Positions 14,237 through 27,500 of a stretch of DNA of 64,000 bases are shown here, piece after piece; the first letter of the stretch is position 1, and every line of letters begins with the position of its first letter. A model generated the notes under the pieces. That model was not told the origin of the DNA, did no database searches, and worked only from the letters and a program-made list of their open reading frames with translations. This DNA comes from Octopus sinensis (Eukaryota). The stretch spans positions 69,502,001 to 69,566,000 of the forward strand of contig NC_043002.1 in NCBI RefSeq assembly GCF_006345805.1, given 5' to 3'. The position numbers were made by a program, and so were the translations under genes.

Positions 14237-17200
14237 GATGATGATGATAGTGACCAATTTCATCTTTTTATAGGAAGAATATGGTAGGTTGTACTCACTT
14301 CAGGTAAAACCAGGCGGAAATCATCTTGAGCTCTCAGTTGGTCAACCAAATACCTGGAAAATATAAGGAAAAAATTCAGTTTTGGTTAATCAAAACATTC
14401 ATGTGTATATAGATATATATACATACATATAATATATATATATTCTGCGCTTCAAACCACATTTTCAATAAAGGATTATGTGTGATATCATGCATCTTAG
14501 TTATGTTTGGTAAGCATCGAAAGAGGTACCATGCTCCATTACTTCAGCTATGCGCTGTTGTTACTAATGTGCTCATAATGCCCATGAATTTATTACAATC
14601 AACATCACAACCCATACTCTTCAGTGTTCTGGCCTTCATTTATCTTGTAGTTTACTCTTTAATGTGCTCTTCAACTTTTTATCTTTTTGTCTTTTACAGG
14701 TTTCAGTCATTAGACTGTGGCCATGCTGGGGCACTGCCTTGAAGAAATTTTAGTTGAATGTATCAACCTCAGTGCTTTTTTATAAAGCTTGATACTTATT
14801 CGATTGATCTACAAACACAGACACAAACATATATACATGATAGGCTTTTTTTAGTTCCTGACTACCAAATCCAGTCACAAGGCTTTGGTTGACCCAAAGC
14901 CATAGCAGAAGATACTTGCCTAAGGTGTCATGCAGTGGGACTGAACCCAAAATCATGTGGTCGGGAAGCAAGCTTCTTACCACACATCCATGCTTGCACT
15001 TAGCACATAGTCACTTTGATATGAAAAATATTTAAGTTGAAGTGATTTTATATGAAATACTTACTGAGATAATTCCATCACTCTGTCCATTTTAGCTGCC
15101 ATTCCAGCATCACCTCGAGCTTTCCACATCAGCCAAAGTTTAAAGTTATCAACCTTCTTGCCACATTGTATTGTTTTATTTCCTGTGGAACAATCATTAT
15201 CTTTAGTGTACGTACATGGATAGAGTGAAGGTGATATGAGAATAGTTTTTGTATTTCAAATGGATTATTTTTAAGGATTAATTTTAAGCATTTGATAGGC
15301 CTCTAGTATTTTCAGGGGCTAAAAATTTAGATAAACAATTTAATTGACTATATCAGCATTAACAGCATGTTCTGTAATGATCTTTTGCAAAATTGCAATT
15401 TAAAAAGGCAACATATAAAACAACAAAAAAGTTAATGAATTTTAAAGTAAATAAATTTTCCTATAATTTTAATAATGTAATATTTCCCCCACAGAAAATT
15501 GTGATTCCTCTGCTTTGATAGTGGAGAGACTTACCTTGGTCAAATGTCTTGTCATAATATTTGTCACTTTGGAATAAATATTCCACATTGGTGGAATTAC
15601 ACTTTTCAAGAATTCCCTGAAAGTAGTCAATGGTAAATGAAGAATTTAGGAATAATAAACGGATTAAAGAACAACTAAGTGTTCAGCATTAATCTTTTAC
15701 ATTTACAATTTAACTCTTAGACTCCTATAACACAAATATCCACAACTATTGCTTAATCCTAAATTGCACAAAATCTCAGTTTAAATAATGTTCTTGTGTG
15801 AGGGACAAAAGCTGGAAATATAAATCTCTTCTGTGTGAGAAACAAAGTTCATCCTCATTTTAGAAAGAACTTCCTGTTAGCACCATATATGTTTATTTTT
15901 TTAGTTTTATCAAATAAATTTCTCTGGATTGTTTTCTTCTTTCAATTTTGAGCTCGATGGCAATTAATACTACAAATAATGGTAATATTAATTAATGATT
16001 TAATTAAAAAACTGACGCTCAAGGACCAAAATCTTGTTTGTAGATATATGCGAAAGCATTCACATATAATTAATTCAAGTGTGTTCAACCTACTTTCATA
16101 TGTGTAAGTGACATGATGACAGATAAGACCCATATTCACAATATACCAACAATATGGATAAAACCCATATTCACAATGTACCAGCAAATTTCATCCATAT
16201 TCATGCAATATTTATATATTTATGATTTTTATATTGGCCTACTGCACTTAGCAAAAATCTCTACATTCTAAAAGGATTAACATATTTATATAGAGAAAGC
16301 ACAACAGTTTATCAAATTCACAAATCTTCGCCATACATACATTTTACAGCCACACAAACACACATAAGAAGTACATACCTTTTCTTTCACAACAAGTAGA
16401 CTACATTGCATGGGAGCATTTCCCATCTTGTGGAAGTTCCAAGCTAAGGAGTCAACCCTAGAATATGGAGGAAATAAAAAGAAATATGTATTTGAGTGTA
16501 ATTTCAAGATAGATAATCTCAAAACACGAGTATAAACTTGAAAATATACGAATAAATTACTTCTAAGCCATTAATTTCTCTATATTTAGTATATGTGTAT
16601 ACATGTGTTTGTACATGTGTATATATATGTATATATTTTATATACATGATTAATGTGCCAGTGTGATGTTAATTATGCCATGTTAATTGCAACCAGAACA
16701 CACTGTGAAGTGGTTGGCTTTAGGAAGGACATCCAGCTGTAGAAACCAAATCAAATCAGACTGGAACCTGTGCAGCTTCCCACCTCGCCAGCTCTGGTCA
16801 AACTGTCTAATGATATGTATATATATATATATATTCAATTAGAGGGTATGTTAACCTCATGAAGGGATGGTTGCATCCAAGGAAATACTGGTTCAATACC
16901 TAGTATTTTTGGGAAATGAAATTCCCTTAAAACAATAGGTATATATATAGCATATAGTTTATATCCATTTAATAGAAGAAAAGAAAATGGAGATCAGGAA
17001 GTTAATAATTGTTTATTATTAACAAGAAATTGGTCATCTTCACTTCTTATATACATACACACAAGTTTTTTTAAAAAACTTTCTGCATTGTTAGAAACCT
17101 TCTTTATTCTTTATTTTGTTCATTTTTCTATTGTTATTAGAACAGATGGACACATTAGTATAATTATAATTAATTAGTATAATTATAATTAAATTCTATG

Positions 17201-17324
17201 TCTTTGTGCAGCTGAAGATTAGTCAGTATTTTAAATTGATACAATAATTGCATTGTTCAATTAAATGGAGTTGCAGGAAACGATTGTACTGCTTTACCTC
17301 TAGCTATCCTTGTTGCTTATTTTG

Positions 17325-17378
<54 letters not shown>

Positions 17379-17588
17379 AATGGGTGCTGAAAATGTCCTG
17401 GCTTTGGGTACAAGAAAATACAAGAGGATTAGTTAATTATGATTTTATTCAACATATTCCCCTCTCAGATCCATGCACTTATTGTAGCAGTTCTTTAGTT
17501 TTTGTAAGTCCAGTAAAAGAACTTGGAAGGCTGGGCTTCCAACCAGGCCTTTTGCGATACCCTTAAAGCCAAATATTTTGCAGCACCC

Positions 17589-17651
<63 letters not shown>

Positions 17652-20600
17652 TGTGTATGTATGAATATATATATATATGTATGAATATATATATATGTAT
17701 GAATTGTGGTGTTTGCATATCAAAGTAACTTTTTCTTACCTTTCCACACCTGCCATCCTGTATCGGTGTTTTTTGGACATAAGTACAAATCCACCCCAAG
17801 CGGCCTGTAAATAAATGCAAATATATAGCATTTAACCCTTTTGTTACCATATTTATTTTGAGATGCTCTGTGTTTCTTTCACTTAATCTTAAATATAACA
17901 AAGAATTTAGTAAAATAACTTAGTTATCATTAAGCTAGTGTTAGGAACGTAAATTGTGACTAAAGTTTGGTGGAAGATTTTAATTCAAAACTTAAGTGGC
18001 TGTGTGGTAAGTAGCTTGCTTACCAACTACATGGGACCTTGGGTAAGTGTCTTTTACTATAGTCACAGGCTGACCAAAGCCTTGTGAGTGGATTTGATAG
18101 ATGGAAACTGAATATATATAAATATATGCAAAGTGTAACAATATCAAAATGACAATGGTAAGCCCCAAAATAAAACAGCCTGTCATTCAGTCTAATTTTA
18201 TATCCAGTATAGGTAACCTTTTTTGAAAATCAGGTCACATGAGACATGGTTTGTCATCAGGTTGGTTGTGCTACTAAAACAATTCAAAGAAATACCACTA
18301 AGCATTTTGCCCGGCATGCTAATGTTTCTGGCGGCTCACTGCTTTATCCAATTTTAAATATTCTTTTCTACTCTAGGCACAAGGCCCAAAATTTTGCAGG
18401 AGAGGACCAGTTAATAAGATTGACACCAGTATGCAACTGGTACTTAATTTATCGACCCTGAAAGGATGAAAAGCAAAGCTGACTTTGGTGGAATTTGAAC
18501 TCAGAAAATAAAGACAGACAAAATACTGCTAAGCATTTCGCCCAGCATGCTTCTGCTAGCTCACTGCTTTATCAAATTTTAAATATTGAGAAAGATATAC
18601 TTACATCAACATGAAGCCACATGTTATGTTGAGCACAAACATCTGCTATTTCATTGAGAGGATCAAAGGCTCCCAGAACTGTGGTGCCTGCTGTAGCAAC
18701 AACAGCTATTGGATTGAGACCCTGGAAAAAGAAATTATAATGAAGACATAGATAAATATGTGGGTATGATCAAACCTGTGAAGGAAGACTCTATATGGCT
18801 GTTTGCTTGAAATAGCAGTTAAATTTCCCTAGAGTCAAACCTTAACTGTTGAACAAAAAAGACTATATTGGGTACTGCAGTCGTGGTCACACACACACAC
18901 ACACACACACATGATAAGCTTCTTTCAGTTTCCATCTACCAAATGCAGTCACAGGGCTCTGGTTGGCATGAGGCTATACTAGAATGCACTTACCCAAGGT
19001 GCCATGCAATGGGATTGAACCTAGAACCATGTGATTGGGAAGCAAACTGCTTACAACACAGCCATGCCTGTACCTATAGACTCTATATAATTTCCTCACA
19101 TTCTAAAGTTTTAATGACATTTAATTACTTCATAACCCTTTCAATAACAGATCAGGACTTGCAGAATAATGTCTGGGTTATAAAGAATGTCACTTTAAAA
19201 ATATAATCCATGTAACCATTTCTTAAAACATAAAGCTTCATAAAAATCTGGTGATAAAATGCCATAAAAATGAGGTAGCTATGTAGAAATAACACTTTAA
19301 TCTCTACCACCCTTCCCACCCTGCACCATAAATAAGTGTGGTCGTAAAGAAGAATATTATGACTAGGGTAAAGTGACAGCATAAGAAATTAAAAATGAAG
19401 GGAGAAAATTATAAATCTCTGTTAATTTCCTGTAAAATGTTATTTGATGACATTTCCTTGTATGTTCTGCTGAGTTCATTAAATTAATATTACAGAATAT
19501 GTATTAGCAACCTATGACTCTGTCATCCTAACATTGGCAGCTTTAATGTATCAGTTGACATTTCTGCTAGACGAAGTAACACATAAACATACTTGTGTAT
19601 GAGTGTGTGTGTGTGTGTGTGTGTGGGCACGCAGCCTAGTGATTAGCGTGTTGTACTCATGATTGTGAGATTGTGGTTTCGTTTCTTGGACTAGGGGACT
19701 CATTGTGTTCTTAATCTGACATGCTGCCTGGAATTGAACCTATGCTCTTGCAACTGTGAGCTGAATACCGTAACCACTAAGCCATGTGCCTTCACATATA
19801 CACATACAAATTTACAGGTTTACAAACTGATAAAAGGCTTTCATTCTGATATTAACAATGAAACATTATATGCAGATACACAATTATTTACCTGTTTCAG
19901 TGATAGTTCCACAGCATTCTGGAGATGTTTGACTGACATTTTCCCTTTGCTGTCTGTTTTCACCTTGATAAGGTTTTCCTGTCCAATGCCAAGAAATCCT
20001 ACTGCCAAAACTGATGAATAATGGCACTGAAAAAACAAGAAAAATCCAGAAGAAATTTAGCAAATTTTTAGGTTTTTTTAGTAAAATCATTAAAAGAAAT
20101 ATAACTTGAAACTTATGCAAAACAGATCTCAGTTAGGTTTCTTTTAGAATATATTTGCATCTGTTTATCCAAAGTTCCACTGTGTGACATCTTGGGCAAG
20201 TAGCATATCTAGTATACTAATGTTTTCTGAGTGAATTTGGTAGACAGGAACTGCATGGATGCCCATTGTGTGTATATGTGCATGCATGCATGTGCGTGTG
20301 TAGTGTGTGTGTGTTTATGTTTGTCATCCCACTGCTTGACAACTGATGCTGGTTTGCTTTCATCTCTGTAACTTAGCAGTTCAGCAAAAGGGCACCAATA
20401 GAATAAATACCGGACTTAAAACAAGTAACTACTGTGACTGATTTGTTTAACTAAGCCCTTCAAAGTGGTGCACTGTACAGCTGCACTTCAGTGACTAAAA
20501 CAAGTTGAAGACAAAAGATTAATGATACATACTCATCATTATTCAAGGTAAAAATAAAAATACTTACTCCTTCAGAAGCAAAAACCACCATTCTTTCTTG

Positions 20601-22253
20601 GTTGTACATGCCCTGTTTCTTAATATTATTATCGTTTCGGAAGCGAGCTAGATGGATGCTCATTATGTTCATAAATGCCCCTCCTGTGGATAAAGTAATG
20701 CAAAAAAAATTTTCAACTATTATTCAGAATTTCTAATTAGTTAAATACATTTGAATAAATAGACCTTAATGAAATGTGTCCATAAGAAATGTATATTGGA
20801 AAGTTAATTAATATGGCTAGATATATGTTCTTAAACGTGTACTAGACACACTTTTAGAAGGTTAACATATAACTGCAAATAAGGTGGCAAGCTGACAGAA
20901 TTGTTAGTTTATTGGACAAAATGCTTTGCAGTTTTTTTGTCTGCCTGAGATTGAAACCAATAAATGGTTGGTGTTAAGAAGGGCACCCAGCTGCAGAAAC
21001 CATGCCAAAGCACACATGTAGAAACTATGTCAAGGCGGTGAATTGGCAGAAATATTAGTATGCCGGGCGAAATGCCTAGCAGTATTTCATCTGTCTTTAC
21101 GCTCTGAGTTCAAATTCTGCCAAGGTCAGCTTTGCCTTTCATCTTTTTGGGGTTGATAAATTAAGTACCAGTTATGCACTGGGGTCGATGCAATCGAATT
21201 AATCCCTTTGTCTGTCCTTGTTTGTCTCCTCTATGTTTAGCCCCTTGTGGGCAATGAATAAATAAGAAACCATGCCAAAGCACACACTAATGTAGTCTTT
21301 GGAGACCCATTGTATCCTGTCAAGCTGTCCAACTTATGCCAGCAGTGAATGTGGACATTAAATGATGATGATACTTTAATTAAAATTTCTAATGCAGAGT
21401 TAAAACCACAATTTTATAATAGACACAATTTAATGAAATCTATGGGGTGAAAAAGAGTACTTACCTGGACAAAACATGCCATCACCATTTTGGAATCCAA
21501 TCATTTTGCACACTTTTTGAATAAGATAATGTTCAATCATTGTGAAGGCTGGAGACACTTCATATGTATGTCTGTAAAAGAATAAATAACTTTTAATTAA
21601 GAATTAATTCTTTTTCCTTCTGGGAAGATTCAATCTTAACAATGTGACCTACCAAACTACATAGCATACTTTAATTCTTTGACACACACCTTCATAATGT
21701 TGTTCTCTATTCTAATAGTCAACAATGGTTTCTAATTTTGGCACAAGGCCAGCAATTTCAAAGGAGTGAGTTAAGTTGATTACATCAACCCCTATCTTCT
21801 GAAGAAGATAGGTAGTGGTTATAGACTGCTATAAAATTGAAGAGATCTAGAAGTTACTTTCATTTTCCTCACTCCTTCCAACAGTTCAATTATATTAGAA
21901 GTTCTTCTTCTCTAACAGCATCCAGGAATCCCACTTTCTCAATCTAGAAGCATCTGAAAACATGAGACTACCCACTTTTTCAAAAATTAAAGAAAATTGT
22001 ACCTCAAACATTCCCGAAATTATATTCTTTTATTTGTTTCAGTCGTTTGATTGTGGCCATGTTGGAGTACTACCTTCAGTTGAAGAAATCGCCCCCAAGA
22101 CATATTCTTTTTAAGCCTGGCACTTATTCTATCGATCTCTTTTGCTGAACTGCTAAGGTACAGAGACACAAACACACCAACATTGGTTGTCAAGAGATGG
22201 GGGGGGAGGGGGCACAAACACAGACACAAAAATCACACAAACATATATACATA

Positions 22254-22285
<32 letters not shown>

Positions 22286-24176
22286 CACTTGACAGGCTTC
22301 TTTAAGTTTCCGTCTACCAAATCCACTCACAAGGCTTTGGTTGGCCTGAGGATATAGTAGAAGACACTTGCCCAAGGTGCCATGCAGTGGGACTGAACTC
22401 GGAACCATGTGGTTGGTAAGCAAGCTAATTACCACACAGCCATGCCTGTGCCTGTACAATAACGTTTTCTTATATATATGTATAAAGCATTGGATGATAC
22501 AGGGCTATATAACAAGAGCTGTTAACAATGGGACAAAACCAGAAGCAAACTTTTTATTTAATTTGCAACCGCTTAGAATAATATTAATTTAAAAGATACT
22601 TACAATGCTGTGTTGAGTGAGTCAGTGATCCATGACCCAGCCAAACCATATGGATCAACAAAACCATAAAGTTGGTTATAGAATCCTGGTTTACCTAAAA
22701 TACAAAGAAAAAATATCAGAATACATATTGCTGTTGGTGTTGTTGCTTAATACCATGCCATCTCTGACTGAGTAGGAGAGATATGATCAAAGGCACCCCA
22801 GAGAGTGCATATATAGGATACACAATAACTACATTATCCAATGAATCTCTCACTTTTTAATCCTTTGAAATGTATGAGAGAAAGAGAGAGGTTTGGTTGC
22901 TATTTCTAGCATAACCAGCAATAATGTAGAGACTCTTTTGTAAGTTTATATATTTCTTTATTGCCCACAAGGGGCTAAACATAGAGGGGACAAACAAGGA
23001 TAGACAAATGGATTAAGTCGATTACATCGACTCCAGTGCGTAACTGGTACTAAATTTATCGACCCCGAAAGGATGAAAGGCAAAGTTGACCTCGGCGGAA
23101 TTTGAGCTCAGAACGTAACGGCAGACGAACATATGGCCACGCATTTCACCCGGCATGCTAACGTTTCTGCCAGCTCGCCGCCTTCTCTTTTGTAAGTTTA
23201 TATTAAACTATGTCTCCCCCTCCTCCTCCTCTTCCACCGCCACCACCACCACCACGACGTCTGTTACTATTTTTTAATTATTTCTGCATGGAGGAAAAGG
23301 GTCTTCTTCAACATGGCACCTAACTACTTATTGTGGTCACTTGTCATCTTCATGAAGATCAGCTTTCATCACTTCCGCCTGGTATTTTCCTCAGTCTCCC
23401 AGCAACGTGAATTAGAAATTAGTCATTAGCATAGAAAAGTCTTTCTACAGACAGCTCATCTTAAACACATCCATTATGACAAGCTATGCTTCAGAACTCT
23501 TGTATTCTAATAAGTCATACCATACAAATTTTTCCGTTGCTAAGTGAGGCTGATGTTGCTCAACCCTAGGTCAACGCTGACCAAATAAACCTACGACAAC
23601 AAGTGCAGTCCAGTCGTGATCATCCCATGTTTTTGTATTTGTTTTCAGAAACAGCGTGTTTAGGGGTAAAGTTATCAAAAGTGTACATCCCTCTGTTTTC
23701 TTAAGATGGTAAGGCATGACTTGTGGGCGATTTGGCTGTTATTTCTAGCAGGTAGAGCGACCACTTGGAATCTCCTTTGTTAGCTCATTTCAAGTGATGT
23801 TGCTTGTGTGTGTGTGTGTGTGTGTGAGTGCGTGTATGCACATGTTACGAAATGTGACAATAGATGTAAAAATGTATTCTTACCTGTCTTTACGCTCATG
23901 TTGATTAGCTTCTCACAAAATTTCAACAATACTTCATTGTTAGTGCCTTTTTCTCCAATGTCCAGTTGAAGTTTGTTCTAGAATTAACAGAATACAATTT
24001 GCATTAATCAACGTGCACGAGTCGTTGCTCGATCATGCTCATGTCAATGAATGCAGTTTATACATACGCACACATACATACACACATGTAATATTGAGGT
24101 CTCTTTCATTCTTTTGTTGTCTTACCATTACTATTAATATATATACACACATATATACAGATACATACACCTATGT

Positions 24177-24211
<35 letters not shown>

Positions 24212-24495
24212 CACACACACACACATACATATATACATATACATATGTACACACACACACACACATATATATAGATAGATATATATTCTTTTATTCATTT
24301 ACTTGTTTCAATTCTTTGGCTGTGGTCATGCTGGAACACAGTTTTTAGTTGAACAAAATGACCCCAGGACTTATTCTTTGTAAGCCTAGTACTTATTCTA
24401 TTGGTCTCTTTTGCCGAATCGCTAAGTTACAGGGACATAATAACACCAACATTGGTTGTCAAGTGATGGTAGTGGGGACAAACACAGACACACAA

Positions 24496-24571
<76 letters not shown>

Positions 24572-27500
24572 ATGGGCTTCTTCCAGTTTCCATGTACCAA
24601 ATCCACTCACAATGCTTTGGTTGGCCCAAGCTTGTAGTAGAAGACAATTGCCCAAGGTGCCACACAGTGGGACTGATCCATGTGGTTGGGAAGCAAGCTT
24701 CTTACTACACAGCCTGCACCTATATATATATATATATCGTGGCCGAAGCCGAATCGTGGCCGAAGCCAATGCCGCCTCGACTGGCTTCCGTGCAGGTGGC
24801 ACGTAAAATGCACCAATCCGACCGTGGCCGATGCCAGCCTCGCCTGGCACCAGTGCAGGTGGCACGTAAAAAGCACCCACTACACTCACGGAGTGGTTGG
24901 CGTTAGGAAGGGCATCCAGCTGTAAAAACATTGCCAGATAAGACCGGAGCCTGGTGCAGCCTTCTGGCTTCCCAGATCCCCGGTCGAACCGTCCAACCCA
25001 TGCTAGCATGGAGAACGGACGTTAAACGATGATGATGATGATGATGACACATACATACATACATGCATTGCAATCAGCCTGCATGGTCAAGGTACACCTG
25101 AACCAAGTAAATTATGTCCTCCAATATACTGGAGATCTAATTTTAGACACAAACATTTTAAAATATGTATCAAATAATCAGTATTGGCTTCAGATGAGTT
25201 GCTTCCAAAAGAGTTAAAAGTAAGTTATGTGTACTTTAGTGCTATTTTTGGCATTATGTATTTTATCATCTTTACTCAGTAAACAATTTTATCTTTTGAA
25301 CTATGTCAAAACACATTTCTATGAATGTAGTGTCATATATTTAAGATATGCTATGCAAATTTTTTAATATTTCATTCTGGTAATTATTATTTTGAAATCA
25401 TTCTTTCATCATCATCATCATTATCGTTTAACGTCCGCTTTCCATGCTAGCATGGGTTGGACGGTTCAACTGGGGTCTGGGAAGCCCGAAGGCTGCACCA
25501 GGCCAGTCAGATTTGGCAGTGTTTCTACAGCTGGATGCTCTTCCTAATGCCAACCACTCCGAGAGTGTAGTGGGTGATTTTATGTGCCACCGACACAGGT
25601 GCCAGACGAGGCTGGCGAATGGCCATGCTCGGATGGTATTTTTTACGTGCCACCGGCACGGCGGCCAGTCAATGCGGTACTGGCTACAGCCACGTTCGGA
25701 TGGTTTTCGTATGTGCCACTGGCACTGGTACCACAAAACTACAAATTCCTATAATAATATTTTCCTCTTCTTCTGCTTTTGAAATGAATGCTGCGTTAAG
25801 AATGTGCTTGTCATAAAAATATTCTTTTCTACTTTAGGCACAAGGCCCAAAATATTTGGGGAGTGGGGGCAGTCGATTAGATCGACTCCTCAGTACACAA
25901 CTGGTACTTAATTTATTGACCCCAAAAGGATGAAAGGCAAAGTAGACCTTGGTGGAATTTGAATTCAGAACATAAAGACAGATGAAATACCGCTGAGCAT
26001 TTTGCCTGGCATGCTAATATTTCGGCCATCTCGCCACCTTTCTGTAAGTATTCTTTTCTACTCTAGGGCACAAGGCCTGAAATTTTTGTGGAGTGGGGAA
26101 GACAGTCGATAAGGTCGACCTCAGTACAGAACTGGTACCTAATTTATTGACTCCGAAAGGGTGAAAGGCAAAGTCAACCTCGGTGGTATTTGAACTCGAA
26201 ACATGAAGACAGACGAAATACTGCTAAGCATTTTGCCGGCATGCTAACGTTTCTTATTTCTTTATTACCCACAAAGGGCTAAACATAGAGGGGGCAAATA
26301 AGGATAGACAAAGGGATTAAGTCGATTACATTGACCCCAGTGTGTAACTGGTACTTAATTTATCGACCCTGAAAGGATGGAAGGCAAAGTTGACCGTAGC
26401 AGAATTTGAACTCAGAACGTAACGGCAGACGAAATACAGCTAAGCATTTCGCCTGGCTTGCTAGCGATTCTGCCAACTTGCCTCATTGTGTTTGTCATAA
26501 AATATTGCTAGTATATTTGTAATATATTCATATCAGACAACAATACAGCATTTTGTTTAATCACATTCTATTTGACATATTAGATTAACAAAAAGCTGAA
26601 ATACTGGGAAATAATTGAGAATAGAAAGAACACAAAAGCATCATACATGTGATACATTCAACTACACAAGATTTCAAAACAAGTAGAACAACTATATACA
26701 AAATTGTTGTTCATTTTATTTTATTTTATATAACATAATCTCTTGTACTGCAAATATGTGGAATGGAATTTTTTTTTATCGTAGACATAGTTTTCCCAGC
26801 TAAATGACCTTTTACAAGTAAAATGAATAAAGCCTGATTTTTTTAGTCTAATGAAAGCACACACATTTGTGTAGTTTGCTTTGAAAGTTTATGCAATAAA
26901 TATACAATTTTCTTGTTTTTGTTTTATTGTTTGCTAAAATAATACAAAAATTAACTTCTTTTACTTTAAGTACAAAGTTGACTTTGGATGTAAGTAAGAT
27001 TAAGTAATTAATTAAATGACCCCTTAGTAAGTAATCTTTAAACTAGCATTACTTTTGATGAATGAGAAGCATAGTGAAGTCTTTTAGGATTTTGTTTCAG
27101 AATAATGAAGCACTTTCACAAGGGAGCCATTGCTAATTTAACTGGCGTTTTGAATGATAATTAACCCCTGATTTTATATATATCATTTCAGTTCATAATA
27201 AGGAAATTAAAATTTAATTGTTGTTTGAGCACACATCCTAGGTGGTAGATGGTATGTAATAATCACTTGAATTACATTGCACTTCTAAATGATTGTATAA
27301 CTAATCAAGTAGTGTACCAGTCTAAAGATATAAATCATTAACAGTATGATATTTTATTATCAATTACAGTCAAGGGCTGTGGCCATGCTGGAACACAGAT
27401 TATTTTGATAAAAAAAAAATGAACCAATATTTACCAGCATTTCTTTAGGGTGAAGAAACTCTACGACTTTGTGGTCGTTTTTTGTTCCATCATTCAATGC

